From: Sphyrna mokarran
Taxonomy: Eukaryota
Direction: 5' to 3'
Length of the DNA stretch: 64,000 nucleotides
Assembly (NCBI GenBank): GCA_024679065.1
Contig: JAGIQG010000014.1
Location: forward strand, 33,666,001 to 33,730,000
Below, piece after piece: positions 1 through 11,989 of the stretch; within the stretch, counting starts at the first letter, position 1, and every line of letters starts with the position of its first letter. A program made the translations under genes and the position numbers. The notes below the pieces were generated by a model, which worked only from the letters and a program-made list of their open reading frames with translations, made no database searches and was not told the origin of the DNA.

Positions 1-2269
1 ACAAGTGAGGTATTGAATACTGACTGATACTCCTCTGTTCGCACAGAAAAGTGAAGTGTTTAGGAAACAAAGTGTTGTATAATTGCTAGTCAGAATTTTT
101 CTGAAAGACAATGGAAACTTTTGTTCATTGATTTGCAAGCTGGTTACTCCAGATCAAGGAAATTGTTCCTGATTTCAATGTTCAAGGGGTGATGTTGAAA
201 TATCTTAAACAAATTTGTAATGTTGCTATATCTAGAATACAGGGTATTCCTCACTTTCTCCATATCTTCAAATTATTTTCCTTAGTAATCTTCAAGGTGT
301 GGTCACAATTATTTTCAACAATACAACAAGTAACAATATAACATCTCAATGTAACAAGTAACAATATAACATTGACTATAATGTTTGGGAATTCCCTGAA
401 ATTTTCTTCATACACTATAGAATGAAATTTATTTTAGTGCCTCTGTGGAACATCTTGTGACCCTTTTCTTTTGATGCAAGATGTTGTTTGACTCCAACGT
501 TGGCTGTCTGATGCAAATATTCAATCTGCTGCTTAGAAGTACCCCAAACCCCTGCCAGACTCACAACTCGATCCCTGCTCCCCTACTCCTATGATTGTTG
601 TGAAACTTTTGCTGACTGAGGTAAAATCAAGCAGCAGCAATAAATTATAAGAAAATAAACGTGAATGTCATTTTCTTTCTGCCACATACCTTTATGTGGC
701 ACAGTCATTCTATACTCCTGTTGAACTGAAATGAACAATATTTTTATAGTTATAATCATAGATTACATGTAGTCAGTAGGTCTCAGATTTAGGCCTATTT
801 TAGATTCGGTGCGCTGGCTGGTGTGGCTGGCTATTTTGCACTTGTAAACCAGCTATTCTTTTCTCCATTAACTGAAAGTTATCATTATACCGGCATTGCA
901 AGAAAAATAATTTTCTGTGTGATAAAAATTAAGTGAAGGCAATGATAATAGAAAAGGCAGTGCTTCTGAGTTTAAGAAGATGTAAAATGTCACAAGATAA
1001 GTGTTATTTGACTTCTCACAGTTTTGAAAGAGGAAGTGCTTATGTCTTCATACACGGCATTGTGCATGACAAAGGCACCCTGATTCAATACAGCTCGAAA
1101 TACTCTGTGTCCAGTACATCCACTGACAATTTCTGCTTAAGAAGTTGGCTTGTTGCACGCAACAAACAATTTTCAATATAAAAGAATATTTTACCATCCT
1201 GTTCCAACCTTAAATTAGAGTACAGAATTCACAAAAATATGCCCTTTTAATCTGCATGAAACTCATTGTCGACAGTTCCCTGGGACAATGGAGATTTTAG
1301 TTCAAGGTTAAACTGATTGTAGATCTGTGTGCATGGGAGAAGAATTGGATGTACTAAATTATTTGCATTTGCAGCATTTCCCTTTTTGCTGAACTTTCAA
1401 TGTGAAAATTTAGTGTAGATGTTACATTCTAACAGGTCAATTCCTGCAAGATTCAATCCCTATGACTCACCAAACCTTGTGTTGAAACTTCGATGTTACT
1501 GCACCCATTAAAATTTCAACTGCCTTCTGTTTTGCTCAGACATCAAAGAAATTGAAATAATGTCTTTTAAGTCCTTTAATTCTCATGAGATTTCTTCATT
1601 TCCAAGATATCTGTGCTTGCATTGTACAGAAATAGGACTTCTATTCAGTAAAGATAACAGCCTATAACAAAGAGCCTGCTTTCCTTCTTCTTAATAGGTA
1701 TTGTTAAATGGATAATCAAGGATCATAAACTTACTAGTATAATGTACTTTTAGAAAGTGTTCTTAGTATGAAACATCATGAAACATTATCATAATTATGT
1801 TCTAATCCACAATTATTATATGACAAAATAAACCTCTGCGTTTGAATTCGTTGTAATTCTTTTTGAAAGATGTTTTGTGATATTTTAACATGTTAAGATA
1901 TGCATGTCAGTTATATTTTTATTTATTGAGATGCTAATGGGTGACAACACAGAGACTGATCTGAGTGATCATAATATTCAGATATGCAGAAATCTATTAA
2001 AGATCAGTAGCTTGAATGAGTTTGGGAACTGAGTGCTTAACTGTGTTAAATCATAAATGTTTTGGGGAAAGAAGGATTCTCTGGTTGAGTTCTCCACAGT
2101 AACAGTGGCAGTATTAAATAAGGAAGTTCAGTCAAATTTCTTAAACTGCCTGAATCACTTTGTGACCTGTGGTATTTCATTGAGATGATCTTTATTTCAA
2201 AAGTGCCTTATAAATTTAGATAGTTTTTGTCCTTATACTATGATTCTTCAAAAAACTTTAAACATTCTT

Positions 2270-2600
2270 GGGCGGCATGGTGGTACGGTGGTTAGCACTG
2301 CTGTCTTACAGTGCCAGGGCCCCAGGTTTGATTCCTGGCTTGGATCACTGTCTGTGTGGAGTTTGCACATTTTTCCCATGTCTGCATAGGTTTCCTCCAC
2401 GTGCTCCAATTTCCTCCCATGCTCTAATTTCCTCCCACTCTCCAAAGATGTGAGGGTTAGGTTAATTGGCCATGTTAAATTGACCCTAGTGGATTAATAG
2501 GGTAAATATGTGGAGTAAGAGGAATAGGACCTGAGTGCGATTGAAGTTGGTGCAGATTTAATAGATCAAATGGTCTCCTTCTGCACAATGGGGATTCTAT
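2270..2600 (+). mobile_element. HE1-type tRNA-derived V-SINE, full length, CR1-type tail
   Basis: Head GGGCGGCATGGTGG..GTGGTTAGCACTGCTG with A and B boxes, V-domain GGAGTTTGCAC..GGTTTCCTCC..TCCAAAGATGTG, tail CTTCTGCAC..GGATTCTAT. Small internal duplication of the TTTCCTCCCA segment. Confidence 0.9.
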
Positions 2601-3492
2601 TATTCAGGTCTCAACTCTGCTTTAACACTTTGGGCTGATGCACTCTTAAATCTTCATCTGCAGATTAAAAAAGAGTACAGCACACTGGATCACTGGAAAA
2701 TCAAGAAGCTAGGATCATGCCTATAAAGGATTATTCCATGTTAATTGGAAAAACAATCAGGCTGCTTCCTTTACAGATGCCCACACCAACCTGTTCTATT
2801 TTTCTATACACTGCACTCAAGCGATCAAGGTAAATCTGCTCTTATGATAGGCAAACTGAGAGTCAAAATTATACATACACAGGTGACTGCTTAATAAAGG
2901 ACATATATCATTGACTTATTTCAATAAATTTGGCCTCCAAAGGTGATCATAGTAGTTTCATTGTCCTCAGTAAATGGACAAACTCACATATGGAAAGTCT
3001 AGACTGGTACGTTACCATCAGCTCCTACAGCTCAGATCTTCAAGTGGTAGTCAGATGAAAATAAAACAACTGGATTTTGTGAAATTAGTGACCAAGAAAA
3101 TTGTTTTAAAATCAGATTTTAGTACTGCTTATTTTTCAAACACATGTCCCTAAAAGTCTTGTATCAATCGTAGGACAATCGGGAAGAACTTACAAAAAGT
3201 CCTTTGTGCCTTATAATGTGGACATCAAAATGTAATATGATAAGGAAAACCAGAACATTATCTGATTATGCAATATTGCAATTATCTTATACATGAGGCT
3301 TTCCTCCCCCACAGAACTTACTTTGCCACTAGTCCAAAGGGAAATTGGTGGTATGTCTGCTCAAAGAACTGGTGCATGGTTTAAAAAAACTTGCAATGAA
3401 ATCAGAAAATATGACAATTACTTTATGCCAGGATATAAATTTATTATCTTTCTAGCATTGCCAAGCATGCTACCTAGGTGTGTATTTGATAA

Positions 3493-3673
3493 TCCAAGGG
3501 TGTGCAGGTTGAGTTAATTGGCCATGCTAAATTGACCCTAGTTTTAGAGGCTTGGCAGGGTAAATATATGCGGTCATAGGAATAGGGTCTGGGTGGGATT
3601 GTGGTCAGTGCAGACTCGATGGGCCTAATAGCCTCTTTCTGCATTGTTAGGGATTCTATGATTTTTTGATTCT
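3493..3673 (+). mobile_element. HE1-type SINE, 5'-truncated
   Basis: Matches the 3' half of the 2270 copy, ending GGATTCTATGA. Confidence 0.85.
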
Positions 3674-4014
3674 GTACTTAGTTCACCAATATAGTTAAAG
3701 TTTTAGATTATCTCTCCAATGTGTCGTAGAGATTTTTAAAAGTCAGAAGACTTTAATTTATCTAATTGACCATCCCTGTGTTGTCAATTTGAAATGAAAT
3801 CACGTTTCAACAGAATAAAGCAATTTCCATAATACACTTATAATAATGTATAAACATTTACAACTAGTATAGATGCTATCTCCAGTATGTGAATCACCTT
3901 TTAATGGGAAGCAAAATGTTAAAAATTAATTGGAAGCAATGCCAGTGGGTGGATACTTCATGTTTACTAATTCTCATTGCATATGGTGGAATATTATGTT
4001 ATTATCATTTCATT

Positions 4015-4378
4015 AGAAGATAAAAAATGGGAGCAAGAGTAGCCATTCAGTCCATTGAGATTGCTCCATCATTCAATATGATCATGAATGATCTGATTGT
4101 GACCTGAACTCAACTTTTCTACCTGCACCCCAGAACTCTTGACTTCCTTATTGATCAAAAATCTGTTTAACTCAGCTTATTCAATAACCCAATCCTCACA
4201 GCTCTGTCTGGACAATAATTCCAAAGATTAACAACTCTCTGAGAGAAGAAATTCCTCCTCATTTTCATAAATGGATGACAGTTTATTTCAAAGCAAAATC
4301 TCTGAGTTCTATGTTCCACATGAGAAAAAACATCCTCCCAACAGTTACCCTGTCATGCCACCTTAGAATCTTATATGC
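4015..4378 (-). mobile_element. CR1-clade LINE 3' fragment (old)
   Basis: Reverse strand has CR1 ORF2 C-terminal and 3' UTR motifs, similar to the other CR1 tails in the window. Confidence 0.75.
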
Positions 4379-4849
4379 TGCACAGGTGAGATTTCTCTGT
4401 GCACAGAGAAACTGGGGTATGTTTTTTGCCATCACTCTGACGACAGGACCTGTTACAGTCAGAAATGCTGACTCCACAGAGATTGCGGTCCGATCTTTAG
4501 AGGGCACTAAAATCTGCACTGAAAGGAATCACCCCTCGACTCCCTCATGGACACAGGGTCACCCACAATCATCAGGACAAACCCTGCCCTTCACAAGCAC
4601 CACAGCCTCCCTTTCCATAAGCATCAGGGCAACACCTTCCCCTCAACAAACATTGGGGCAAATCCCATCCCCCACATAAGCATCAGATTAAACTCTGTCC
4701 CCCTACAAGCGTCAGGTTGGCACTACATGATGCCATGGTTGGGCTATATTTATGTTTGCAACCTCAGCAGGTTCCTCTTGGTTGCTTTACATTTTAAAAT
4801 ACCTGTTGTAAGTTTTTTACTCTGAAGACATACAAAATACTTGTTCATA

Positions 4850-5320
4850 TTCTGCCATCTCCTTGTTTCCTATTATTAACTCCCAGTCTTGCCCGATAAG
4901 GGACCAATGTTCACTTCAGCTCTCTTTTCCTTTTTTATACTTGTAGAAGCTTTTACTGTCTGCTATTGTACTTCTTGCTTTTTTTTTAACCAGAAGGTGG
5001 TGACAGTCTGGAATGTGCTGCCTGGGAGGGTGGTCAAGATGAGTTGGCTCAAAAAGTACCTGGATGAGCACCTAGCACATCACAATACATTCAGAACTTT
5101 GCCTCAGAAGGCAGTGGAGGTGGGATCACAGAACATTTTTAAAACAGAAGTAGATAAATTCTTGTTAAGCAAAGGAATCAAAGGTAACTGGGGATAGATG
5201 GAAATGTGGTACTTGAAACACAAAAAGATCAACTGTGACCTTATCAAATGGCAGAGCAGGCTCAAAGGGGCCAATGGCTTGCTTCTGCTTTTATTTCTTA
5301 TGATTGTATGTTCATATGTT
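4850..5320. mobile_element. Cluster of CR1 LINE fragments
   Basis: Translation FNQKVVTVWNVLPGRVV and LPQKAVE..NIFKTEVDKFL (CR1 ORF2 C-terminus) followed by a CR1 tail ending TTCTATG..GTATGTT. Confidence 0.75.
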
Positions 5321-6077
5321 TGGAACTATCACTTAGCTTTTGTCTGTGATTAAATAAAGAGGGCTAACTAATCAATCTAGGAATTTAATGCAATACTTGT
5401 ATCTCCTCAGTGCCAGTTTAAACTACTGTCCATGTTTAGGGGATAAAAGCTGAAAAACCCACCAGTCAGCTACCTCCTTATCTAATTAAAGCCTTGAACA
5501 CTCACCCACTTCCAGAGGCTGAAAAACCAGAAATAAAAAGCAACACTAACTTCCCTCTGTGCATCAAATTCCCAAGTTAACAGTCATACCTTTTACACTC
5601 AGGCCACTCGTGCTCCCATACTCACATTTAGTTTTGAAATGTCACTAAACATTGACAGATGCTTACTCATTCTGTACAAACACTTCAATCTGATCAAAAG
5701 CAATCCTGAAATTATATCTAGATTTTCTCTTCAAAATTCACTGTAGGTGCCCTCTTGATATGAGAAGTCTGCTTTAAAGTTATACATTTCAAAGAAGGAA
5801 ATGCTACATAATGGTATCAGAGTTCCTCTTGTAAGACTGCTGGCTTCACTGTATTTTGACCTCTCACACATAAGTTTGGAAATACAAGTGGTTATCAGAC
5901 TTCAGTCTGTTAATGAGGAACTATTTAAGTGAAAATAATACTGTTCTAACTCAGATTTGTTGTGCTTTTGCAAGTTGTATGAGCATTTCTTACACACTTG
6001 GAAAGTTGCAGTGACTGTCATACTGTATCTGGTGCTTACATTGCAACAATCACCATCAGTAGGTCAGGAAGAATATT

Positions 6078-6478
6078 CATAGAATAGAATTCCTATCATT
6101 CGGTCTTTCATTCCATCAAGTTCACACCAACAACAATGCCACCAAAACACTATCCCCTTAAATCCTCATATTTACTCTGCTAATCCCCCAGACACAAGGG
6201 CGGAATTTTTCCATGACAGATGGGACACGGATCATCCATTGACCTCGATGGAATTTTACGGCTTTGTTCATCCCAAAGCTGTAAAATTCTGTCCATAGGG
6301 TTAATTTAGCATGGCCAATCAACTTCAAACACACATCTTTGGAGTATTGGAAGAAACCCATGGAGACACGGGGAGAACATGCAAATTCCACATGAACAAT
6401 TACCCAAGGCTTGCATTGAATCCAGGTACCAAGCGCTGTGAGATAGCAATGCTAGGCACTGTGCCACCATGCTGCCCA
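6078..6478 (-). mobile_element. HE1-type SINE interrupted by a 97-bp MITE (6198-6294)
   Basis: Reverse-strand SINE head at 6478 and tail at 6078. The SINE body is split by GGGCGGAATTTT...AAAATTCTGTCC. Confidence 0.85.
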
Positions 6479-6483
6479 TATTA

Positions 6484-7176
6484 TAACATAGAACATAGAA
6501 CATTACAGCGCAGTACAGGCCCTTCGGCCCTCGATGTTGCGCCGGCCAGTGGACCCTCTAACCTAAACTATTCCAATATCATCCATATGCCTATCCACCG
6601 AACATTTGAATGCCCCAAAGTAGGCGAGTCCACAACTGCTGCAGGCAGGGCATTCCACGCCCTCACCACCCTCTGTGTAAAGAACCTGCCTCTGACATCC
6701 GTCCTATAACTACCACCTCTTAATTTAAAGTTATGTCCCTCGTGTTGGTCATCACCATCCGAGGAAAAAGGCTCTCACTATCCACCCTATCCAATCCCTT
6801 GATCATCTTAAACGCCTCAATTAGGTCACCGCGTAACCTTCTTCTCTCTAATGAAAATAACCTCAGGTCCCTCAGCCTTTCCTCATAAGGCCTTCCCACC
6901 ATACCAGGCAACATCCTGGTAAACCTCCTCTGCACCCTTTCCAATGCTTCCACATCTTTCTTATAATGCGGCGACCAGAACTGTACGCAATACTCCAAGT
7001 GCGGCCGCACCAGAGTTTTGTACAGTTGTAACATAACCTCACGGCTCCTAAATTCAATCCCTCTACCAATAAAAGCTAACACACCGTACGCCTTCTTAAC
7101 AACTTTATCAACCTGGGTGCCAACTTTCAAAGAGCTATGTACTTGTACCCCAAGATCCCTCTGCTCGACAACACAA
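6484..7176 (-). mobile_element. Young 5'-truncated HER1/CR1 LINE (ORF2 C-terminus and tail)
   Basis: ORF 6720-7130 LYKTLVRPHLEYCVQFWSPH..LERVQRRFTRM..LFSLERRRLRGDL. After a single 1-nt frameshift it continues FKLRGG..FFTQRVVRAWNALP. Tail (TTCTATG)n and many intact CpGs. Confidence 0.95.
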
Positions 7177-8577
7177 TGGATTTAATAACGATGGACATCA
7201 GTTTAAAAGCAAAGGAAAAGTACAAAGGCTACCAAACATAAATTTTGGAGATGAGGATTCAAAACTTTTCATTAACTTTGTTTATTTTGTGTTAGCACAG
7301 AGATCAAATCTGATGCAATGGTGTAATAAAATCATGACTGACAAATTTGATGCCACTATATACATTTAACTGATATAATAACATAGGCATCTAAGGAAGA
7401 AATTAAGCAGTATTCTCTAAATTTGAATCAAAAATGTCCCATTTGCCATATTGCTTAGTGATGCATAGCAGACCCCAAGGGCACATGCCTAGAACTGACA
7501 TTAGGCCCATTGCATCTGAAAATTGAGAGCTGAATGGGAAGCCTGTGACAGGTTTGTTTGTCACGTTGGACTGCAATTGATTGCTGTATGCACCAAGCTG
7601 TTAGCTGAAAGGTATGCTAAATGGTTCTTACTTTTAATAAACAAGAATGCTCCTCTGGGTTCTCCATTAAAATCATGACTGAGGAGAGTCACTGACCAAT
7701 TATCACACCCATCAGAGTCCCCTGAAGCCCTTAGCTGATCTCACCATGTAAGTAGCTTTTAGAGCCATGGCCAACCCTACGGTTCACTGGTACAGTCCTA
7801 TTGAGGCTAGAGGACCAATTTTCCCTGGTGCTGTTTCCAACCTCATTCTGCAACACTGCATGGGTTTTATACCTCAATTCCAAGGCTCGATGTTTGAAGC
7901 AAACTAGTTTTTTTATATATAGTACTTTGCTTCATAGAAGTGCAAATCGAGTAAAAATTAAGAATGCATGCATACATATTGAACAAGCTTCTTGTACTAC
8001 ATCTAAGAAGCAGATATTTCACATAGATTCTTCAATAATTCTTCTGTTATTAGAATATCTATGCATTTTCAATATTAGCATATTCCCTTGAAGACGGAAT
8101 TGTTTCTGATACTTGTAAACTGTCCTAGATCCTTTGTTATGTGGATGCAACAGTTCCCTGTAATCTGACATGTATAAGCTTGGCTGTACATTTCTACAAA
8201 GTAGCTGAGACATGGAAAGCTCATAGCTGGAATATATGTGAAACCAGACATGCATACAAAAGCACTTCAATGGATGCACTTGTTTGTGGCCAGGCATGGC
8301 CCACAGAGTATTGAATAATATTGTAATATTGGGTAATAAAAACTGAGATTGTCAAAATGTACAAAAGCATTTATTTATCTGCAGTAAGATCTTTCAATAA
8401 GCAAAAATCTAAAATCATTCAATTACATTTCGGGAGTTCTCAAAAAGTTAATTAAATCCAGTTATTTTGTACTTGACTTTACAACTCTTCCAAATTATTT
8501 TAACAAACCCTGTGTAAGTGTTAATTCACATTAATTGACATTTATAAAAGTAATTCAGAGGCAGTCAATTTGCAACA

Positions 8578-8716
8578 TATGAGGAATTCTCCCGTCTCGC
8601 TTGCTGCAGGAGTCATAGCGCGCGCAGGGCTGGGAAGGCAGTGGACCATACAAGGGCCCACTGACCTCAAACAGGATTCTTCAGTTTTGGGGTGACATTG
8701 CCGGAGAATCCCACCC
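8578..8716. mobile_element. Short MITE (Harbinger-like TIR family)
   Basis: GAGGAATTCTCC...GGAGAATCCCACCC ends. The core CCA(C/T)TGACCTC is shared with the 6198 copy, and a similar core is present in the 49740 copy. Confidence 0.6.
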
Positions 8717-10276
8717 TCAGACGTGCAACTGAATGTGATACTACTTGTATAAAATAGGAGATTTTAAGACACATAAATTATATAGAATTTGAGTAAATTA
8801 TTGCATGTTAACATAGCTGTATGCAATTTTATTTTTCCTAATATTTAAAAGATGGAATTCAATCTAACAATGTGACATGCTATGGCTAAGAATTGCTGGC
8901 TGAAAATGAAATTCAATCCCTTAAATGCCATGAACACTGGTATTTTGTGCTGATAATATATTCAAAAGTATTTTGCATATAAATATATAATTAGTCATTG
9001 TAGGTTTTTCTTCAAGTCTTCCTGAGCCTGATTGCTTTTAACGTCAGCTTGTCAAATAATGTGCTATAAACTGCCAACATGAATCTTTTTGTGTAGTTTT
9101 GTGCTAACATTTACAATCTGTATTCACTCTATTAGCCTTTAAGGGGTCAGCATAGAGGATTATTAAACTGCATTCCTGAAAACATTAGAGCTGTTGCTGT
9201 GCCAACCCCAATGCAGATATACACTCCTACTGTGGCGCTTATTGAAGTCTCCATAGCAACTGACCCAGAGGACACTATACTCATGGATACTGTTATAAAC
9301 CTTACAGACTATGGTACTGAGGGTCTGGCTCCATTGCAAGAAACACAAATAGTTTCTATACTTTTATTTAATAGAATAAGCAGAGATATAGAAGCATTAT
9401 TTTCCTAGCTTGTTGGATGAGTATTATTTTTGGTTTTATTTGCTATATTTTGCACTGTCCTGCATCAAATTTATTATTCAATGATTTGAAAATAAAGATT
9501 GTGCTAAGATTAAAACAGAGTGCCTTAATTTATCTACTTTCCCTTCTATTATAGGCCTAGCAAGGTCCAAAACTCACTTTCTTGCTCAGCAGAGGATCTC
9601 CATATTTTGTGCTGCATTTTGAGAAAGGAACAATTCATGTCCAATCGCCATTTCAAGAGCATCAATTACACTGTGGCTGAAAGATGGAATTAGTTGCGAA
9701 TTTCCAGCTGATTCCTACTCGGGTTTCTCAAATGCTGCACAGTTATTTACTTTGATCCCAGCCAGAGTAAAAACTGCCACCTCAGGATAACGGAAATGAA
9801 ATCTGCTGCACATCAGAGGATTCATGCCAGGCTGGTATAAATAACTTGCTTGAGAATCTCCTCGCACTTCTTGCAGAGGAAAAATTAACACATGCATTGG
9901 GTCGGTAACTTAATATGGCCTCCCACATAAATTGAAATAGGTGAAAGTTGAGGGTAAACATAGTGAAACAGCATTTAATTCTTAGCATTCTATCTGTCCA
10001 GTCAGAACTGAATGCAATAATTTAAATGTGATTGTAAAGGTAAAAATACAAGCGTTTACTTGTTTCCTCTATATTGTTCTATTCCAGGAAGCCCACTGGC
10101 AAAGAATAAAACTGGAACCAATATTTATACTTTCATATATTAATTTACAGTGTTATACATTACAAGCATACAACTCCTAACCCCAAGACTTCAATTTCAA
10201 TCTGTGTCAATTTAAAATGAGCTGAAGTGAATGTTCAGTTAATATGCATGCAATTAATCTACAATTAATCCGAGGT

Positions 10277-10603
10277 GGTCACATGGTGGTATAGTGGTTA
10301 GCACTGCTGCCTCACAGCACCAGGGACCTGAGTTCAATTCCGGCTTTGGATGACTGTCAGTTTGTAGTTTGCATGCTCTCCCTGTGTCTGTGTGGGTTTC
10401 CTCCAGATGCTCTGGTTTCCTCCCACGCTCCAAAGATGTGTGGCTTCGGTTGATTGGCCATGATAAATTGTCCCTTAGTGTCAGGGGGATTAAGAGGGTA
10501 AATATGAGGGGTCACAGGGATAAGGCCAGAATGGGATTGTTGTCAATGCAAGCTCAATGGGCCAAATGGCTTCCTTCTGCACTATCGAGATTCTATGACT
10601 CTA
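10277..10603 (+). mobile_element. HE1-type SINE, full length
   Basis: Same head, V-domain and tail as the 2270 copy. Confidence 0.9.
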
Positions 10604-11114
10604 TTATTAGCATCATGCAAATGTTACCCATTTTATCTATGTTTATTTGACTGTCAATATTGTATTATCATTTTGCTAAATATATTTAACATTTTTAGCC
10701 TACCTTCTCAGCCATTCAACCGCTCTGGCTATTTATCCTATTCAGACATCCATCCATATTTTTATGCATTCTTCTCACATTATTAGCAGTGTGTTTTCTC
10801 AATAATTAGCCATTCCTGTTGTGCTCATTATTTTTTTTTCTGATGGTTTGACCAATATCAGCAACTCACTGTCTCAGTGACACTGGAAATCAGACTGAGG
10901 TTTAGGCCAGATTACAATGCATTTGTAATCAGCATAAGGATTTTTGAAAATAATTTTGTTTAACCTTTTAAAAAATAAACACAGGTATTTAAAAACCATT
11001 AAGAATGCAAGATTTGGCTTCTTACTGCACAAGTTTTCAATGATATGAATGCCATTGTAAGTTGAAAATGAAATTCACAGTGCGCGCGCGCACACAATCA
11101 TTATTTTGCAAATT

Positions 11115-11255
11115 GAGTTTGGGTTTTTATATGCCCTGTTTGTGAACAAACTCCACTCACCTGATGAAGGAGCAGCGCTCCGAAAGCTTGTGGCTTGTGC
11201 TACCAAGTAAACCTATTGGACTTTAACCTGGTGTTGTGAGACTTCTTACTGTCCT
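11115..11255 (+). mobile_element. Penelope-like element terminal repeat fragment
   Basis: CCACTCACCTGATGAAGGAGCAGCGCTCCGAAAGCTTGTG..AAACCTATTGGACTTTAACCTGGTGTTGTGAGAC. A hammerhead core followed by a poly(A)-signal-like segment is typical of PLE pseudo-LTR ends. Confidence 0.7.
11158..11192 (+). ncRNA. Minimal type I hammerhead ribozyme motif
   Basis: Stem I CAC(11158-60)/GTG(11190-92), core CTGATGA 11161-67, extra A, stem II GGAGC/GCTCC, GAAA 11182-85, palindromic AGCT in place of stem III, predicted cleavage after CUU (11189). Confidence 0.7.
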
Positions 11256-11989
11256 TAACGTTAATACAGATTTTGCAAACTTAACCGCAAACTTAACATT
11301 AATGACAGGCTATGCACCAGATCTTCCAATCCATGAAGTATTAATTATGAATGCCCATTAATCTTCTGCTGTCTGTCATCCCATCAAAGTCCCCAACTGA
11401 ATTATCTTCAGCAAAACTTGTGTACATCTTCAAGCTCCTACAAATTGCACAGCCCATTGTCACCCTGGCTGCAGCATTAGTGTTCGGTGTCTCGCTCTGT
11501 GTAAATAGACTATCCATTTCCAGTTTCAGTATCTGAGCTAGTGGCTGCAAGTCAGAAAACAGGTCACAGTGTTGCTTTTTCATGATTTTCTTCCCATTTT
11601 TCCTCTTGCACCATTACCTGACCAAGTAGCAATTCTAGGTATTTGCAAGGAGAAAATACAAAGGTGTTGAGGAGAGATAGGGAAGAGAGAGTGTACACTT
11701 ATATCACTTATGATTTGTGAATCAGAAGAGATTATGGACTGAGAGGCACATGAGAAGTAGAATTAGGTATGAAGATACTGATACTTTGACTCTATTGATC
11801 TCATCAGTGCCATGCCATTGATAGTGACCACTATCTTCTCCATTGGGGTTGCACTTTGAGATATTTGGTGGTCGTGAAAAGCACTATTTAAATGCAAATC
11901 CTTTTTACCTTTTGTATTAATGAATAACTTAGGTAATGGAATAGAAAGCCATAGACCCAAATGGGCCGATGAGGCAGAGGTAGATGGTA

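Noticed and set aside
2270-2345. tRNA-like A and B boxes here and in other SINE heads
   Set aside because: They continue into SINE bodies and do not form complete cloverleaves, so they are not tRNA genes.
9199-9408. Thr/Asp-rich 69-aa ORF as a possible exon
   Set aside because: Non-ATG start, no convincing splice sites and no recognisable family.
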